A program made the translations under genes and the position numbers. Source: Gemmatimonadota bacterium (GTDB lineage Bacteria > Gemmatimonadota > Gemmatimonadetes > Palauibacterales > Palauibacteraceae). Taken from it: a stretch of DNA of 64,000 nt. The stretch's first letter is position 1. Each line of letters opens with the position of its first letter. The stretch lies in the NCBI GenBank assembly GCA_965116475.1, contig OZ220691.1, positions 3,483,077 to 3,547,076 on the forward strand, in the 5' to 3' direction. Positions 40,405-49,880 of the stretch are shown in pieces. The notes under the pieces are model-generated. The model worked only from the letters and a program-made list of their open reading frames with translations. It had not been told where the DNA came from and searched no databases.

Positions 40405-42327
40405 GTGAGCGAGGGCGCAAAGGAGGGCGTGAGCGAACGGCGCGGGATCGTGATCGGCACGGCCGGCCATGTGGATCACGGCAAGACCGCCCTCGTGCGG
40501 GCGCTGACGGGGATCGAGACGGACCGCTGGCTGGAGGAGCGGAAGCGGGGACTGACGATCGACCTGGGCTTCGCGCGGCTCGACCTCGATCCCGGCCTGG
40601 AGACGGGGATCGTCGACGTCCCGGGGCATGAGGACTTCCTCAAGAACATGCTCGCCGGCGCCACGGGCATCGACGCCCTCCTCCTCGTCGTGGCGGCGGA
40701 CGAAGGGCCGATGCCGCAGACGCACGAACACCTTGCGATCGCGCGTCTCTTGAACATCCGGCGCGGGGTCGTCGCGCTTACGAAGCGCGACCGGGTGGAT
40801 GAGGACTGGCTCGAGCTCGCGAGCGAGACGACCCGGGAAGTGCTGGATGAGGATCCCGCGCGGGCGTCATGGGAGATCGTGCCGGTCTCCGCCCTGACGG
40901 GCGACGGGATCGAGCCCCTGCGGGCCGCGCTGCGCAGATCGACGGCGGGGATCCGCGCGCGCCACGTCGATGACCGTTTTCGCCTCCCGGTCGACCGTTC
41001 GTTCTCGATCCGCGGTACCGGTACCGTGGTGACCGGCACTGTGTGGAGCGGCGCCGTCCGCGTGGGCGACACCGTGAACGTTTTTCCCGGGGGTGACTCG
41101 GCCCGCGTGCGCGCGCTCCAGGTGCACGAAGACCCTCGTCGGCGCGTCACCGCCGGCCGCCGGTGCGCCGTCGCACTCGTCGGCGTCACGCCGGTCGCGG
41201 TGGAGCGGGGCAGCGTGCTCGTGGACCCGTCCGAGTGGACGCCGAGCGAGCGTCTCGGCGTCCGGGTACGGGCGCTCGGGAGTCGCGACCGGCCTCTCCA
41301 CCATGGACAGCGTCTCAGGGTCTACCTGGGCACTCGTGAAGTCATGGCCCGGCTCCAAACGGTTGATCGCCGGCCCGTCGCACCCGGGGCGACTGCCTGG
41401 GCCGTGCTTGCCCTCGAGGCGCCGCTCCTCGCGCGGACCCGCGACCGGGCCATCCTCCGCTTCTACTCGCCGGTGACGACGATCGGCGGGATACGCGTGG
41501 CGGAACCGAACCCGCCGCCCGACTGGTCGGCGCGGACGGAAGCCTGGCGGCGGATTCTCGATGGCGCCCCGGCCGAGGCGGTCGGCGCGGCCGTAGCGCT
41601 GGAGGGCCTGCGCGGGCTCCCCGTCGCGACATCATCGATCCGCCTCGGATGGCGAGCTCCCACGCTCGAGACGGCCGCCGAGGAGGCCGGCTGCGTGCGC
41701 ATCGGCGAGCGCTGGTTCGCCGCCGATGCGGTGGCGGAGGCCATGGAGGTCGTGGAGGAAAGCATGGCCCGCCTCCACGCCGCGGACCGCCGTGCCCCCG
41801 GCGTTTCGAAGGAGGCCGTGCGCTCGGCGATGGCGCCGGTCTGCGATCTCGCACTGGCGGAGACCGCCCTCCGCCGACTCCTCGCGGATCGTCGCCTCCT
41901 CGAGCGCGGCCCGCAGCTCGCGCTTCCGGGCCATGGGCCCCGCCTCACTCCGCGCGAGGAAGAGGGGCGCCGGCTACTCGCCGGGACGATCGAAGCCGCC
42001 GGGCTGCAGCCGCCGCTCGTCACGGAACTGGGGAAGACGGTGCACCTGGACCGTGCCGTGCTCGATGACCTTCTCCGGCTGCTGCAGGAATCCGGCATGA
42101 CGAAGGCCGTGACGCCCGAACTGCACGTCGCCGCCGGGGCTCTGGAGGCGATGGAGGCGCGGGTGCGAGAGCTGCTCGCCGATGGCGCGCCGGCCCCTCC
42201 CGCGCGGTTCAAGGAAGCGTTCGGGCTCTCCCGGAAGTACCTGATTCCGCTCCTCGAATACCTGGACCGGGAAGGCGTGACCCGTCGAACCGCGGAAGGG
42301 AGAGTTCTCGCCCGCCCGCCCGGCTGA
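40405..42327 (+). CDS. selB: Selenocysteine-specific elongation factor SelB
   Basis: GTPase G1 [11 protein letters not shown]; 640 aa with C-terminal winged-helix extension typical of bacterial SelB. Confidence 0.9.
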   Translation: MSEGAKEGVSERRGIVIGTAGHVDHGKTALVRALTGIETDRWLEERKRGLTIDLGFARLDLDPGLETGIVDVPGHEDFLKNMLAGATGIDALLLVVAADEGPMPQTHEHLAIARLLNIRRGVVALTKRDRVDEDWLELASETTREVLDEDPARASWEIVPVSALTGDGIEPLRAALRRSTAGIRARHVDDRFRLPVDRSFSIRGTGTVVTGTVWSGAVRVGDTVNVFPGGDSARVRALQVHEDPRRRVTAGRRCAVALVGVTPVAVERGSVLVDPSEWTPSERLGVRVRALGSRDRPLHHGQRLRVYLGTREVMARLQTVDRRPVAPGATAWAVLALEAPLLARTRDRAILRFYSPVTTIGGIRVAEPNPPPDWSARTEAWRRILDGAPAEAVGAAVALEGLRGLPVATSSIRLGWRAPTLETAAEEAGCVRIGERWFAADAVAEAMEVVEESMARLHAADRRAPGVSKEAVRSAMAPVCDLALAETALRRLLADRRLLERGPQLALPGHGPRLTPREEEGRRLLAGTIEAAGLQPPLVTELGKTVHLDRAVLDDLLRLLQESGMTKAVTPELHVAAGALEAMEARVRELLADGAPAPPARFKEAFGLSRKYLIPLLEYLDREGVTRRTAEGRVLARPPG

Positions 42328-42350
42328 GCCGGACGCGGCTCAATCCGGGG

Positions 42351-42707
42351 TCAGCCGACGTGGTAGAGGAAACAGCCGCAGTACTCGCACGATTCGACGC
42401 GGAGATTCCGATCCGCCTCGGAGGCGCGGGCCGTGGACACCGCTACGAAGCAGCCGTAGCAGATGCCGTTGATGACCGGCGCGACGACGCGCGGCGCCTT
42501 GTCCGCGATGCGGCGATAGCGCTCCCGGATACCCCGCGTCAGCCGCTCCGCGAGTTCCTCGACCTTCTCGTCGAGCGATCGGATCGCGTCCTCGATCTTG
42601 ATGTCGAAGACCTCCGCCTCGAGGTCCGTCAGCGTTCCATCCGTGAGACCCCGACGCTGCATTCGCAGGTCCTGGATCTCAAGCAGCAGTTCGAGTTGCT
42701 GGTCCAC
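42351..42707 (-). CDS. Zinc-ribbon domain protein (COG1579-like)
   Basis: Coiled-coil followed by C-terminal CYGCF...CEYCGC; GTG start overlaps ptsN stop (TAGTG); longer ORF 42351-43070 is an artefactual extension. Confidence 0.55.
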   Translation of the reverse strand: MDQQLELLLEIQDLRMQRRGLTDGTLTDLEAEVFDIKIEDAIRSLDEKVEELAERLTRGIRERYRRIADKAPRVVAPVINGICYGCFVAVSTARASEADRNLRVESCEYCGCFLYHVG

Positions 42708-43159
42708 TAGAGATCCTTCGCGTCGAGCAACTCGATGAACTCTTCGGGGCTCGATATGCGGGCAAGCCGTTCCGGCACGTCGGCCTCCTTGCCGAACTGC
42801 GCGATCTTGCCGAGCACCGGGAGATACTGATTCGAGACCTCCAGCGGCGGCGCGACGATGAGGAAGACGTACCGGACGGGTTTCTCGTCGATCGCCTTGA
42901 AGTCGAGACCCGAGAGCTTTCGGCCGAACGCGACCCTCAACCGGGTCACGACGAGCGAACGGCAGTGGGGGATCGCGATTCCGCGGCCGATCCCGGTCGA
43001 ACCGAGATTCTCCCGCCGCTTCAACATCTTGTAGAGGATTCCTTCGGACTTTCCGTCGAGGCCCATACACGACACGAGTTCCTTCAGGGCCTCATCCTTC
43101 GTCTCGGCCGCCAGGTCGAGTTTGACGGCGGACGGGACGAACAATTCGCTGAGCTGCAC
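42707..43159 (-). CDS. ptsN: PTS EIIA-Ntr (nitrogen regulatory IIA, fructose-family EIIA)
   Basis: 150-aa EIIA-Fru fold with GIAIPHCR phospho-His motif. Confidence 0.8.
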   Translation of the reverse strand: MQLSELFVPSAVKLDLAAETKDEALKELVSCMGLDGKSEGILYKMLKRRENLGSTGIGRGIAIPHCRSLVVTRLRVAFGRKLSGLDFKAIDEKPVRYVFLIVAPPLEVSNQYLPVLGKIAQFGKEADVPERLARISSPEEFIELLDAKDL

Positions 43160-43351
43160 TTGGATCTATATCTCCTCCCCGCGAGCGCGGGGCGCATATC
43201 GAATCAACGGGAACCGGCGCCGCCGGACCCGGCAAACTCCGAGTATACCCGTGCCGGTTTCCGGCTGTCAAAGAACCTCCGGGGACGCTCCCGGAACTTG
43301 CGTTGCACGCCGGGATAAACGACCGTGTGGGGTTAGCCTTTGCGAGTATCA

Positions 43352-43721
43352 GGGGGCGACACGGCTTCGACGCGTGAACCGGAAGCCGCGGAAGCGTGCC
43401 GAGGTGCCCGGGGCCTCGTTAAACACCGGGAAACCTTTAGGTGCCAACGACGGTTTGGCTCTGGCTGCGTAAAACCACGTAGCCCGTCCCCGAGAGGTCC
43501 GGGCCCGAGGACCTCCCGACGGACGTCGATGAATCGGGCTGGTCACCCCGGCGTGCCGTGAGCCGCGGGTGACGAGAGCACGGCGAGAGCCGCGCGCACG
43601 GCTGGTTTCGCAAGGGTTTGTTCGTGAACCCTCGCGGGACGAGACCTGATCACGGACTACGCACGTAGATGCCGTGGCGGATGGGCTCGCGGACGCGGGT
43701 TCGATTCCCGCCGCCTCCACT
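43352..43721 (+). ncRNA. ssrA: tmRNA (SsrA), tag peptide (A)ANDGLALAA
   Basis: 5' GGGGGCGACACGGCTTCGACG pairs with 3' GGTTCGATTCCCGCCGCCTCCA acceptor/T-arm. Internal ORF GCC AAC GAC GGT TTG GCT CTG GCT GCG TAA at 43443-43472. CCA is not encoded. Confidence 0.85.
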
Positions 43722-43734
43722 ATTGCCATGAGTG

Positions 43735-43775
43735 CAGTGCTCCGCCCGGGGCGCCTCCCTTTCCGGGAGCGCCTC
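43735..43775 (+). terminator. Rho-independent terminator after tmRNA
   Basis: GGCGCCTCCC-TTT-CCGGGAGCGCC hairpin followed by a T-run (TCGGCTTTTTTT). Confidence 0.5.
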
Positions 43776-43820
43776 GGCTTTTTTTGCGGCCGGCCCGTCA
43801 ACGGGTCGAGGAGGTTCCGG

Positions 43821-44288
43821 ATGATCGAAGAACTGCAGCGCAAGATCGGGGACGAAGCGGAGACGCTCCTCCACGAGCTGAACGTCATCCTTCCGAAAGA
43901 GATCGAGAAGGCCGTCGCCCAGGGCGATTTGCGGGAGAACTCCGAATACACCGCCGCCCTGGAGCGGCAGGGCTTCGTGCGGGCGCGGCTCGACTACCTG
44001 GCGCGCCGAATGTCGCAACTCGGCGAACTCGATATCGATAACATCCCGACGGACCGGGTCGGGTTCGGTTCGCGGGTCGCGGTGCGCGACCTCGAGGACG
44101 ACGAGGTCGAATCCTTCAACCTCACGATCGGCGACGACGTCGACATTGAAAACAACGACATCTCGATGGAATCGCCCATCGGCCGCGCACTCCTGGGCAG
44201 GAGGAAGGGCGAATTCGTGAGCGTGAGGCTCCCCGCCGGCGCTCGCGAGTTTGAGGTCGTCGATTTCGAGACGCTGCACGACCTCTAG
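43821..44288 (+). CDS. greA: Transcription elongation factor GreA
   Basis: N-terminal coiled coil with acidic tip (DLRENSEY), C-terminal FKBP-like domain. Confidence 0.9.
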   Translation: MIEELQRKIGDEAETLLHELNVILPKEIEKAVAQGDLRENSEYTAALERQGFVRARLDYLARRMSQLGELDIDNIPTDRVGFGSRVAVRDLEDDEVESFNLTIGDDVDIENNDISMESPIGRALLGRRKGEFVSVRLPAGAREFEVVDFETLHDL

Positions 44289-44318
44289 CAGTCCGTCGCT
44301 CCGGGCCGGGCGCCGGTC

Positions 44319-45299
44319 CTAGAAGACCCGGATCGGCGGGATGAACCTGCCCGGGTCGGCCCGCACCTCGGCGAGGAACACGTTCAGGTCCACCACGATC
44401 TTGAGGAACTCCTCGTATAGCGTCGCATCGGCGAGGAGTTGCCCGACCGCCCCTTCGCCGTTTTCGATGAGGCTCAGGATGGAGTTGGCCCGGGTCGCCG
44501 AGGAAGCGAGCGCGCGATACAGGGAGTCCGACGCCAGCAGACGCCCAAGCGTCCCTTCGCCCGCCGCCAGCGCCCCCGTCACCGTGTCGAGGCGGGCGGT
44601 GGAGGACACGAGGCCATCGTAAAACTCCTCATCCACAAGCAGGCGGGCCAGCGAGCCTTCCCCGTCCGCGATCGGACCCAGGACGGCCGCGAGGTTCTCG
44701 TTGAGTTCGACGAGGCCGTCGTAGAGCGCTTCGTCGACGAGGAGGCGCCCAAGCGACCCCTCGCCGCTCGAGACGCGGGCCAGCGTTGCGGAAAGATCGT
44801 TCGAGAGCTGCGTGAGACCGAGGACGGCGTCGGCCGCCTGCCCGAGGAGTTCGTCGTAGCTCAGCGCCGGCGCCGTTCCGATGGTGTCTCCGGGCACGAG
44901 GATGGCCGAATCGGGAGATCCCGGTTCGATGTCGATGAGACGGTCGCCGAGCAGTCCCTGCGTCCGCACGCGGGCTCTCGAGCCGCGCCGAACCTGCTCC
45001 CGGACCTCCACGTTGACCCCGAGCCAGACCGCGACGGCCGCTTCCGAGTCGCCGCGCTCCTCCGGCGCGATGAACTCCACGCGCTCGACCTGGCCGACGC
45101 CCCTCCCGGCCACCTGGACGGGGGCTCCGGGGCGGAGCCCGGAAGCGGACTCCATCAGCGCGACCAGCTGGTAGCGCTCGCCGAACACGTCCCCGATCCG
45201 GCCCACGAACAGCACGCACAACGCGAGCAGGACGAGGGAGACGATGAGGACGAACCCCACGCGCATCTGATCCCAGGTGATCGGCTCCGATCGTCGCAT
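44319..45299 (-). CDS. mlaD: MCE-family protein MlaD
   Basis: N-terminal TM + MCE domain; C-terminal repeats GEGSLGRLLVDE x4. Confidence 0.8.
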   Translation of the reverse strand: MRRSEPITWDQMRVGFVLIVSLVLLALCVLFVGRIGDVFGERYQLVALMESASGLRPGAPVQVAGRGVGQVERVEFIAPEERGDSEAAVAVWLGVNVEVREQVRRGSRARVRTQGLLGDRLIDIEPGSPDSAILVPGDTIGTAPALSYDELLGQAADAVLGLTQLSNDLSATLARVSSGEGSLGRLLVDEALYDGLVELNENLAAVLGPIADGEGSLARLLVDEEFYDGLVSSTARLDTVTGALAAGEGTLGRLLASDSLYRALASSATRANSILSLIENGEGAVGQLLADATLYEEFLKIVVDLNVFLAEVRADPGRFIPPIRVF

Positions 45300-45344
45300 C
45301 GTATCCCTGTGCCCCTTGTCTGACTCCTCGGCGGCCCGTCGCGG

Positions 45345-46187
45345 TTAGCCGCGGAAGGCCCGAACATAACGGTCTTCCGTGGCATGCATCTCCTCGGGCG
45401 TTCCGCTGAAGATAATCTTCCCGTCCTTCAGGAGCGCGGTCTCGGTCGCGATTCTCGCCGCAGACCGCACATCATGGGTCACGACGACCACGCAGACGTG
45501 GAGTTCCCGCCGCAGCTTCAGGATCAGTTCGTCGATCCTCCGCGTCGTGATCGGGTCGAGCCCGCTCGTCGGTTCGTCGAAGAGGAGGATGGGCGGCCGA
45601 TGCACGATCGCCCGCGCGATGGCGACGCGTTTGCGCATGCCTCCGGACAGTGCGGACGGGAGCAGCGGGAGGACCACGCCCGGGTCGAGGTCGACGAAGG
45701 ACAGCACCTCCTCGACCCGCTCCCGGATTTCGTCGTCCGCCAGCTTCGTATGCTCGTAGAGCGGAAAGGCCACGTTGTCGAACACGTTCAGGGAATCGAA
45801 CAGCGCCGAGCCCTGGAACACCATCCCCATGCGTTCGCGCAGGGCCAGAGCCTCCGGCCGGGACACCGCGCTGATGTCGCGTCCTTCGATGAGGACCTCG
45901 CCGCGGTCGGGGAGGAGGAGCCGGAGCATGAGGCGCAGGATCGTCGACTTCCCGACCCCCGACCCGCCGAGGATGCAGAGGGTCCCGCCGCGCGCGACGC
46001 CGAGCGAAACGCCGCGCAGCACCTCGTGGTGTCCGAACGAGAGCCAAACGTCCCGAAGCTGGACGATGTCGGGCTGCCCGGACCCGCCTCCGTGGGTCTC
46101 GAGTTCGCGGCGAATCTCGTCGCGCAACTCCGCCTCGAAGGCCTCGCTTCCCGGCTCCGGCGCGCCGGCGGGCGTGCGGTCGCTCAT
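45345..46187 (-). CDS. mlaF: ABC transporter ATP-binding protein MlaF
   Basis: Walker A GGSGVGKST, signature LSGGMRKRVAIARA, Walker B ILLFDEPTSGLD. Confidence 0.9.
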   Translation of the reverse strand: MSDRTPAGAPEPGSEAFEAELRDEIRRELETHGGGSGQPDIVQLRDVWLSFGHHEVLRGVSLGVARGGTLCILGGSGVGKSTILRLMLRLLLPDRGEVLIEGRDISAVSRPEALALRERMGMVFQGSALFDSLNVFDNVAFPLYEHTKLADDEIRERVEEVLSFVDLDPGVVLPLLPSALSGGMRKRVAIARAIVHRPPILLFDEPTSGLDPITTRRIDELILKLRRELHVCVVVVTHDVRSAARIATETALLKDGKIIFSGTPEEMHATEDRYVRAFRG

Positions 46188-46200
46188 CTCGGATCCTCGC

Positions 46201-46971
46201 TCACCATTGGAACGTGGTCAGCAGGATCTGCGTGAGGAAGTAATCCATCGCGAGGATGAGGATGGACGAGGTCACCACGGCCCGTGTCGTCGCGCGCCCG
46301 ACGCCCTCCGTGCCGCCCTCCGCCCTGAGACCGTGGAAGCAGCTCGTGAGCGCGATGATCCCGCCGAACGCGAAGGGCTTCGCCAGCCCCTGAATCAGGT
46401 CGATGGGGATGACCGTGAGCACGAAGCCGGTCTGCGCGAGGGTTTCCCACACGGAGTTGATATAAAGCTCGGCCGTGAAGTCCAGCGTCAGCACCGCGAC
46501 GAGGAGCCCGCCCAGAATGGCGATGGCATCGCCGATGATCGTGACGACGGGGAGCATCACGAGGGCGGCCAGGAAACGCGGCACCACGAGTTTCCGGATC
46601 GGATCCACGCCCATCGTGCGGAGCGCATCGACCTGCTCCGTAACCCGCATCGCGCCCAGAGCGGCCGCCATGCCGGCCCCCGCGCGGCCGGTGACGATGA
46701 GCGCTGTGAGGACGGGGCCGAGTTCGCGGATCGTACTGGCACCCACCAGGCGGCCGATGTAGACGGTCGCCCCGAAACGCTCCATCTCCACGGCGGCCTG
46801 GAGGGCGAGCACCATCCCCGTGAAGAGGCCCGTCAGCATGACGATGAAGATCGAAGCGACGCCGATCGTGTCCATCTGCTGCACGAGGTCGCCGCGGTAG
46901 AAGGGCCGGGACAAACAGGCCCTCGCCACGCGCACGAAAAGCCTGCAATAGGCCTCGACCGCGAAGGCCAT
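46201..46971 (-). CDS. mlaE: ABC transporter permease MlaE
   Basis: MlaE family permease; real start inferred at internal Met (MAFAVEA); the 354-aa ORF is an N-terminal over-extension. Confidence 0.8.
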   Translation of the reverse strand: MAFAVEAYCRLFVRVARACLSRPFYRGDLVQQMDTIGVASIFIVMLTGLFTGMVLALQAAVEMERFGATVYIGRLVGASTIRELGPVLTALIVTGRAGAGMAAALGAMRVTEQVDALRTMGVDPIRKLVVPRFLAALVMLPVVTIIGDAIAILGGLLVAVLTLDFTAELYINSVWETLAQTGFVLTVIPIDLIQGLAKPFAFGGIIALTSCFHGLRAEGGTEGVGRATTRAVVTSSILILAMDYFLTQILLTTFQW

Positions 46972-47231
46972 GCGGAGTACGGCATCGCGGGCGAGTCTTG
47001 CGGCGGAACGGCGGGCCGAGCCGTCGGGCACGATCTTTGGCGCTCTCCGGGGGATCGAAGTATGTTCGCCCGACCGCCAGAACGCGTTCGAACGCAACGA
47101 CTCGCCTCCAGCGATGAGGCGTACGGGCGAGGTTACCGGCTCCCACCGATCCGATGCAAGGCAGCGGCGACCACGCCGCGTCCTGCCCGGTGGCGACGGC
47201 CGATCGCCCGCCCCCGAAAGGAGCCTCGAGC

Positions 47232-47621
47232 ATGCAGACCGGACCGGTCCACACCGACCATGCACCCGCCGCCGTCGGCCCCTACTCTCAGGGATACTGG
47301 GCCGGCGAGCTGTTCTACTCCGCAGGGCAGGTGGGACTGGTCCCGTCCACCGGCCAACTCGTCGGCCCCGATGTCGTCTCCCAGGCGGAGCGCGCGATGA
47401 CGAACCTCGCGGCCGTGCTGGACGAGGCGGGGCTGACCTTCGGAGATGTCGTGAAGACGACGATCTTCCTCGCGGACATGGGCGATTTCGGCGCCGTGAA
47501 CGAGGTCTACGCCCGCCACCTCGAGCCTCCGTATCCCGCGCGCTCGACGGTGGCCGTGGGCGCGCTGCCCCTGGGGGCCCGGGTCGAGATCGAGGTGATC
47601 GCGCGCGCGCCGTCGTCGTGA
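47232..47621 (+). CDS. ridA: RidA family protein (reactive intermediate/imine deaminase)
   Basis: YjgF/RidA motifs (APAAVGPYSQG, KTTIFLAD). Confidence 0.85.
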   Translation: MQTGPVHTDHAPAAVGPYSQGYWAGELFYSAGQVGLVPSTGQLVGPDVVSQAERAMTNLAAVLDEAGLTFGDVVKTTIFLADMGDFGAVNEVYARHLEPPYPARSTVAVGALPLGARVEIEVIARAPSS

Positions 47622-47654
47622 GATCGACCGGAACAACGCACGATGCGGCTGACC

Positions 47655-47750
47655 GGGAGCGGATGGTGACTGGTGTCGCCTGCGGTCTTCAAAACCGTTA
47701 CGGGGCGTTCGCGCGTCCCGGGTGGGTTCGATTCCCACACGTTCCCGCCA
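47655..47750 (+). tRNA. selC: tRNA-Sec (anticodon UCA)
   Basis: 8-bp acceptor GGGAGCGG; 6-bp D-stem GGUGAC/GUCGCC with 4-nt D-loop; anticodon loop CUUCAAA (UCA); long variable arm with UUCG loop; T-arm GTGGGTTCGATTCCCAC; encoded CCA; selB lies 5 kb upstream. Confidence 0.75.
47735..47750. repeat. attL core: 16-bp direct repeat CCACACGTTCCCGCCA (3' end of tRNA-Sec)
   Basis: Identical 16-mer recurs at 58324-58339; similarity extends to CGAT five bases further left. Confidence 0.8.
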
Positions 47751-47804
47751 GATCATTAGCGAAGTGCTCTTATAACAACGATTTACAGATGTTCAAGCGG
47801 GCGA

Positions 47805-47827
47805 GTACCCCACCGGGTACCCCAAAA
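47805..47827. promoter_or_regulatory. Putative integrase arm-type sites (GTACCCC x2, second followed by AAAA) near attL
   Basis: GAGTACCCCACCGGGTACCCCAAAAG; same motif repeated three times near attR (58141-58190). Confidence 0.4.
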
Positions 47828-47840
47828 GTGGGAGTGTGAC

Positions 47841-48347
47841 GTGTCCGTGAGATCGCCCCTCCAAGACCCTGGGTCTTTCCGTTCATGGATTCAGGAGATG
47901 ATCGAGGTGACCGGATTGGAGTGGGAGCCGAAAACGGTCCATGTCGTTCTCGCAGACCTTCCCTTGATCGCGAAGGCGACGTACTTCAACGCGTGGTTGG
48001 CGGGCCAGTTCTTCCGCGAAGATGATGTGGGGTGGCTCTCGTCGGTGATCAGCGACATCGACCTGGAGTGGTGGCCGTTCGAGGAGAACGACCTTGGCGT
48101 TCTCCGACACCAGATCGAAAGCCACTACAACGGCCAGTTTCCGCAAATCATGAGTGCTGCGCACGCGGAATGGACTACGTTCGCCGCCGATGTCCGCATG
48201 GCCTTCATCGCCTGCTTCACTGACCACGGCTGCCGACGTTGCCCACCTTGGTGCCAAGCTCTCCGAGACGAGCTGGAGGCACGTGCGAACCCCAGCAAAG
48301 AACCCAATGACTCGGAGGGTGAGCCGGAAGCGCCGGCCTCTGGATAA
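47841..48347 (+). CDS. Hypothetical protein (island cargo, only + strand gene of the element)
   Basis: 168-aa ORF, lower GC, no recognisable motif; GTG start. Confidence 0.4.
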   Translation: MSVRSPLQDPGSFRSWIQEMIEVTGLEWEPKTVHVVLADLPLIAKATYFNAWLAGQFFREDDVGWLSSVISDIDLEWWPFEENDLGVLRHQIESHYNGQFPQIMSAAHAEWTTFAADVRMAFIACFTDHGCRRCPPWCQALRDELEARANPSKEPNDSEGEPEAPASG

Positions 48348-48351
48348 GGAT

Positions 48352-48762
48352 CTACCCGCGCTTTCGCTGCCGGTCTTCGAGGGCAACCTCAGGATTGAGC
48401 CGGCGGCGGTCGATCCCGGCGAAAGGCCGGGTCTCTCCCGGCTGACGCTGGATGGCCAGCCACAGATCCGCCGCAGCGCGCCCGTACTTCTTCTCCAACC
48501 GCCCGCGCTTCAGCGCCAGCCTGGAGGCCTCCCGGCAGCGAGCGCAGAGACTGAAGTCCGCATCCTCGCGTTCCCGACCGCACCGGCACAGGCCGGCGGC
48601 ACGGCGTGCTGCGTGGCTCTCGGCGATCGTGCCTCGATACGTTTCCCGGCAGGTCTTGCAGTAGATCCCGTGGGTGGCCGGAGCGCCGCCGCAGTTCGCA
48701 CACAACCCATCGCGTTTCCAGCTGCGTCTCTTGTCCCGCACCCAGTCTGCGGCGTAGCTCAC
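48352..48762 (-). CDS. Hypothetical Cys-rich protein (four CxxC pairs)
   Basis: CANCGG...CKTC...CRC...CARC; GTG start overlapping upstream stop (GTGA). Confidence 0.35.
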   Translation of the reverse strand: MSYAADWVRDKRRSWKRDGLCANCGGAPATHGIYCKTCRETYRGTIAESHAARRAAGLCRCGREREDADFSLCARCREASRLALKRGRLEKKYGRAAADLWLAIQRQPGETRPFAGIDRRRLNPEVALEDRQRKRG

Positions 48763-49112
48763 CTCGTGCGGGCTGCGAGCCTGGCGGCCTCGCTCTTCAC
48801 GAGCGCGGTGGCGATGGCCTGACTGACGGCCTCCACGCCCTCGATGGATGGCTCCAGCCACTCGTACTTGCCCCCCAAGTGCTCGGCGACCTCGAGGAAC
48901 AGGCCGGGGCGTTTGCCGGCTCCCACGCGGGCCAACGTCGTGCTCACAACTTCGTAGGAGATCGAGCGGGCGGTCACACCCGTGTCCCTCGCGATCCGCC
49001 TGCGGGCGAACCTGACGACCTCCTCGGCCAGCTCCTCAACGATCTTCTCGGACATGCGGTCGAGCGCCCGATGGTGCTGCCGGAGGTTGGACTCGAACTT
49101 GACCGGCGTCAT
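48759..49112 (-). CDS. Phage head-tail/neck protein, HK97 gp10-like (tentative)
   Basis: ~117 aa, position and size in the neck module; ATGA overlap with upstream gene. Confidence 0.35.
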   Translation of the reverse strand: MTPVKFESNLRQHHRALDRMSEKIVEELAEEVVRFARRRIARDTGVTARSISYEVVSTTLARVGAGKRPGLFLEVAEHLGGKYEWLEPSIEGVEAVSQAIATALVKSEAARLAARTR

Positions 49113-49543
49113 ATCCCCAGCCTCTCCCGGATCGCCGCCGCCGAGTAGACGCGCGACCGGAAGACGATCCCGGCGTAACGGTGGCGACCGGCGTCGGCGA
49201 TGTCCCAGCCGCCGGCGAGGGTGCGCCACGGGCCGCTCTGCAGGTCGGAGGTTCCAAGGTGGAAGCCGCGGAAGAATCGCTGGATGGCCTCGCGGACTTG
49301 GGCGGCGTCTCCCGGATCCCGGAAGGTCTCGACGGTGACGGCGACGCGGGCCAAGTAGCCCGGACTTTGGTCGATGGTCTCGAGGTCGCGGGAGCCGCCA
49401 TCCTCCACAATGACGCGGATCTCGTCGGAGGTCTTCTCGAGTGGGCGCGAGGGCTGGCCGACGATCACGGTCACCACGTAATCCCCCGAGAACGCGGAGT
49501 CCAAACCGTCCCGAATCGTGGCCAGCACCTCGGCCTCAATCAT
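49109..49543 (-). CDS. Hypothetical phage neck/head completion protein
   Basis: 144 aa between the head-tail joining and gp10-like genes; no motif. Confidence 0.3.
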   Translation of the reverse strand: MIEAEVLATIRDGLDSAFSGDYVVTVIVGQPSRPLEKTSDEIRVIVEDGGSRDLETIDQSPGYLARVAVTVETFRDPGDAAQVREAIQRFFRGFHLGTSDLQSGPWRTLAGGWDIADAGRHRYAGIVFRSRVYSAAAIRERLGI

Positions 49544-49880
49544 CGATCTCCAGCCAGACCCGCACCGTGCCGCCGCGCTGAGGCTCGGCCTCGACCACCT
49601 TCCAGATCCGATCTCCGGACTCGAGCGTCACGTCCTCGGCGGTGACGTCACCCGTCCAGTCGCTGGGCATGAGATGGGCGGAGGTCTTCGATCTGGTCTC
49701 GCCGCCCGGCTGGGCGTCCTCGAAGAAGCGCGCCGAGGTGACGATGGCGCGCGTCTCGCGTGCCTCCAGTAGCGTTCCGGACATCTCCCTACCCATGGCG
49801 TCCAGCGCACCGCGTTCGCGCCGCGTGAGGGTCGCGGGGACGCCCAGCGCCTCGATCAGCGCGGGAGCCGGGGCTCTCAT
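49536..49880 (-). CDS. Phage head-tail joining (adaptor) protein (tentative)
   Basis: 114 aa directly downstream of portal; C-terminal IWKVVEAEP...VRVWLE resembles head-tail joining family. Confidence 0.4.
   Translation of the reverse strand: MRAPAPALIEALGVPATLTRRERGALDAMGREMSGTLLEARETRAIVTSARFFEDAQPGGETRSKTSAHLMPSDWTGDVTAEDVTLESGDRIWKVVEAEPQRGGTVRVWLEIDD

Noticed and set aside
43160-43830. Integrase or island adjacent to tmRNA
   Set aside because: Checked both flanks. ptsN is upstream, and greA follows a clean terminator downstream, so there is no integrase or repeat.
43340-43951. ORFs 43349-43951 (-) and 43340-43561 (+)
   Set aside because: They fully overlap the tmRNA gene and its terminator; coding is implausible.
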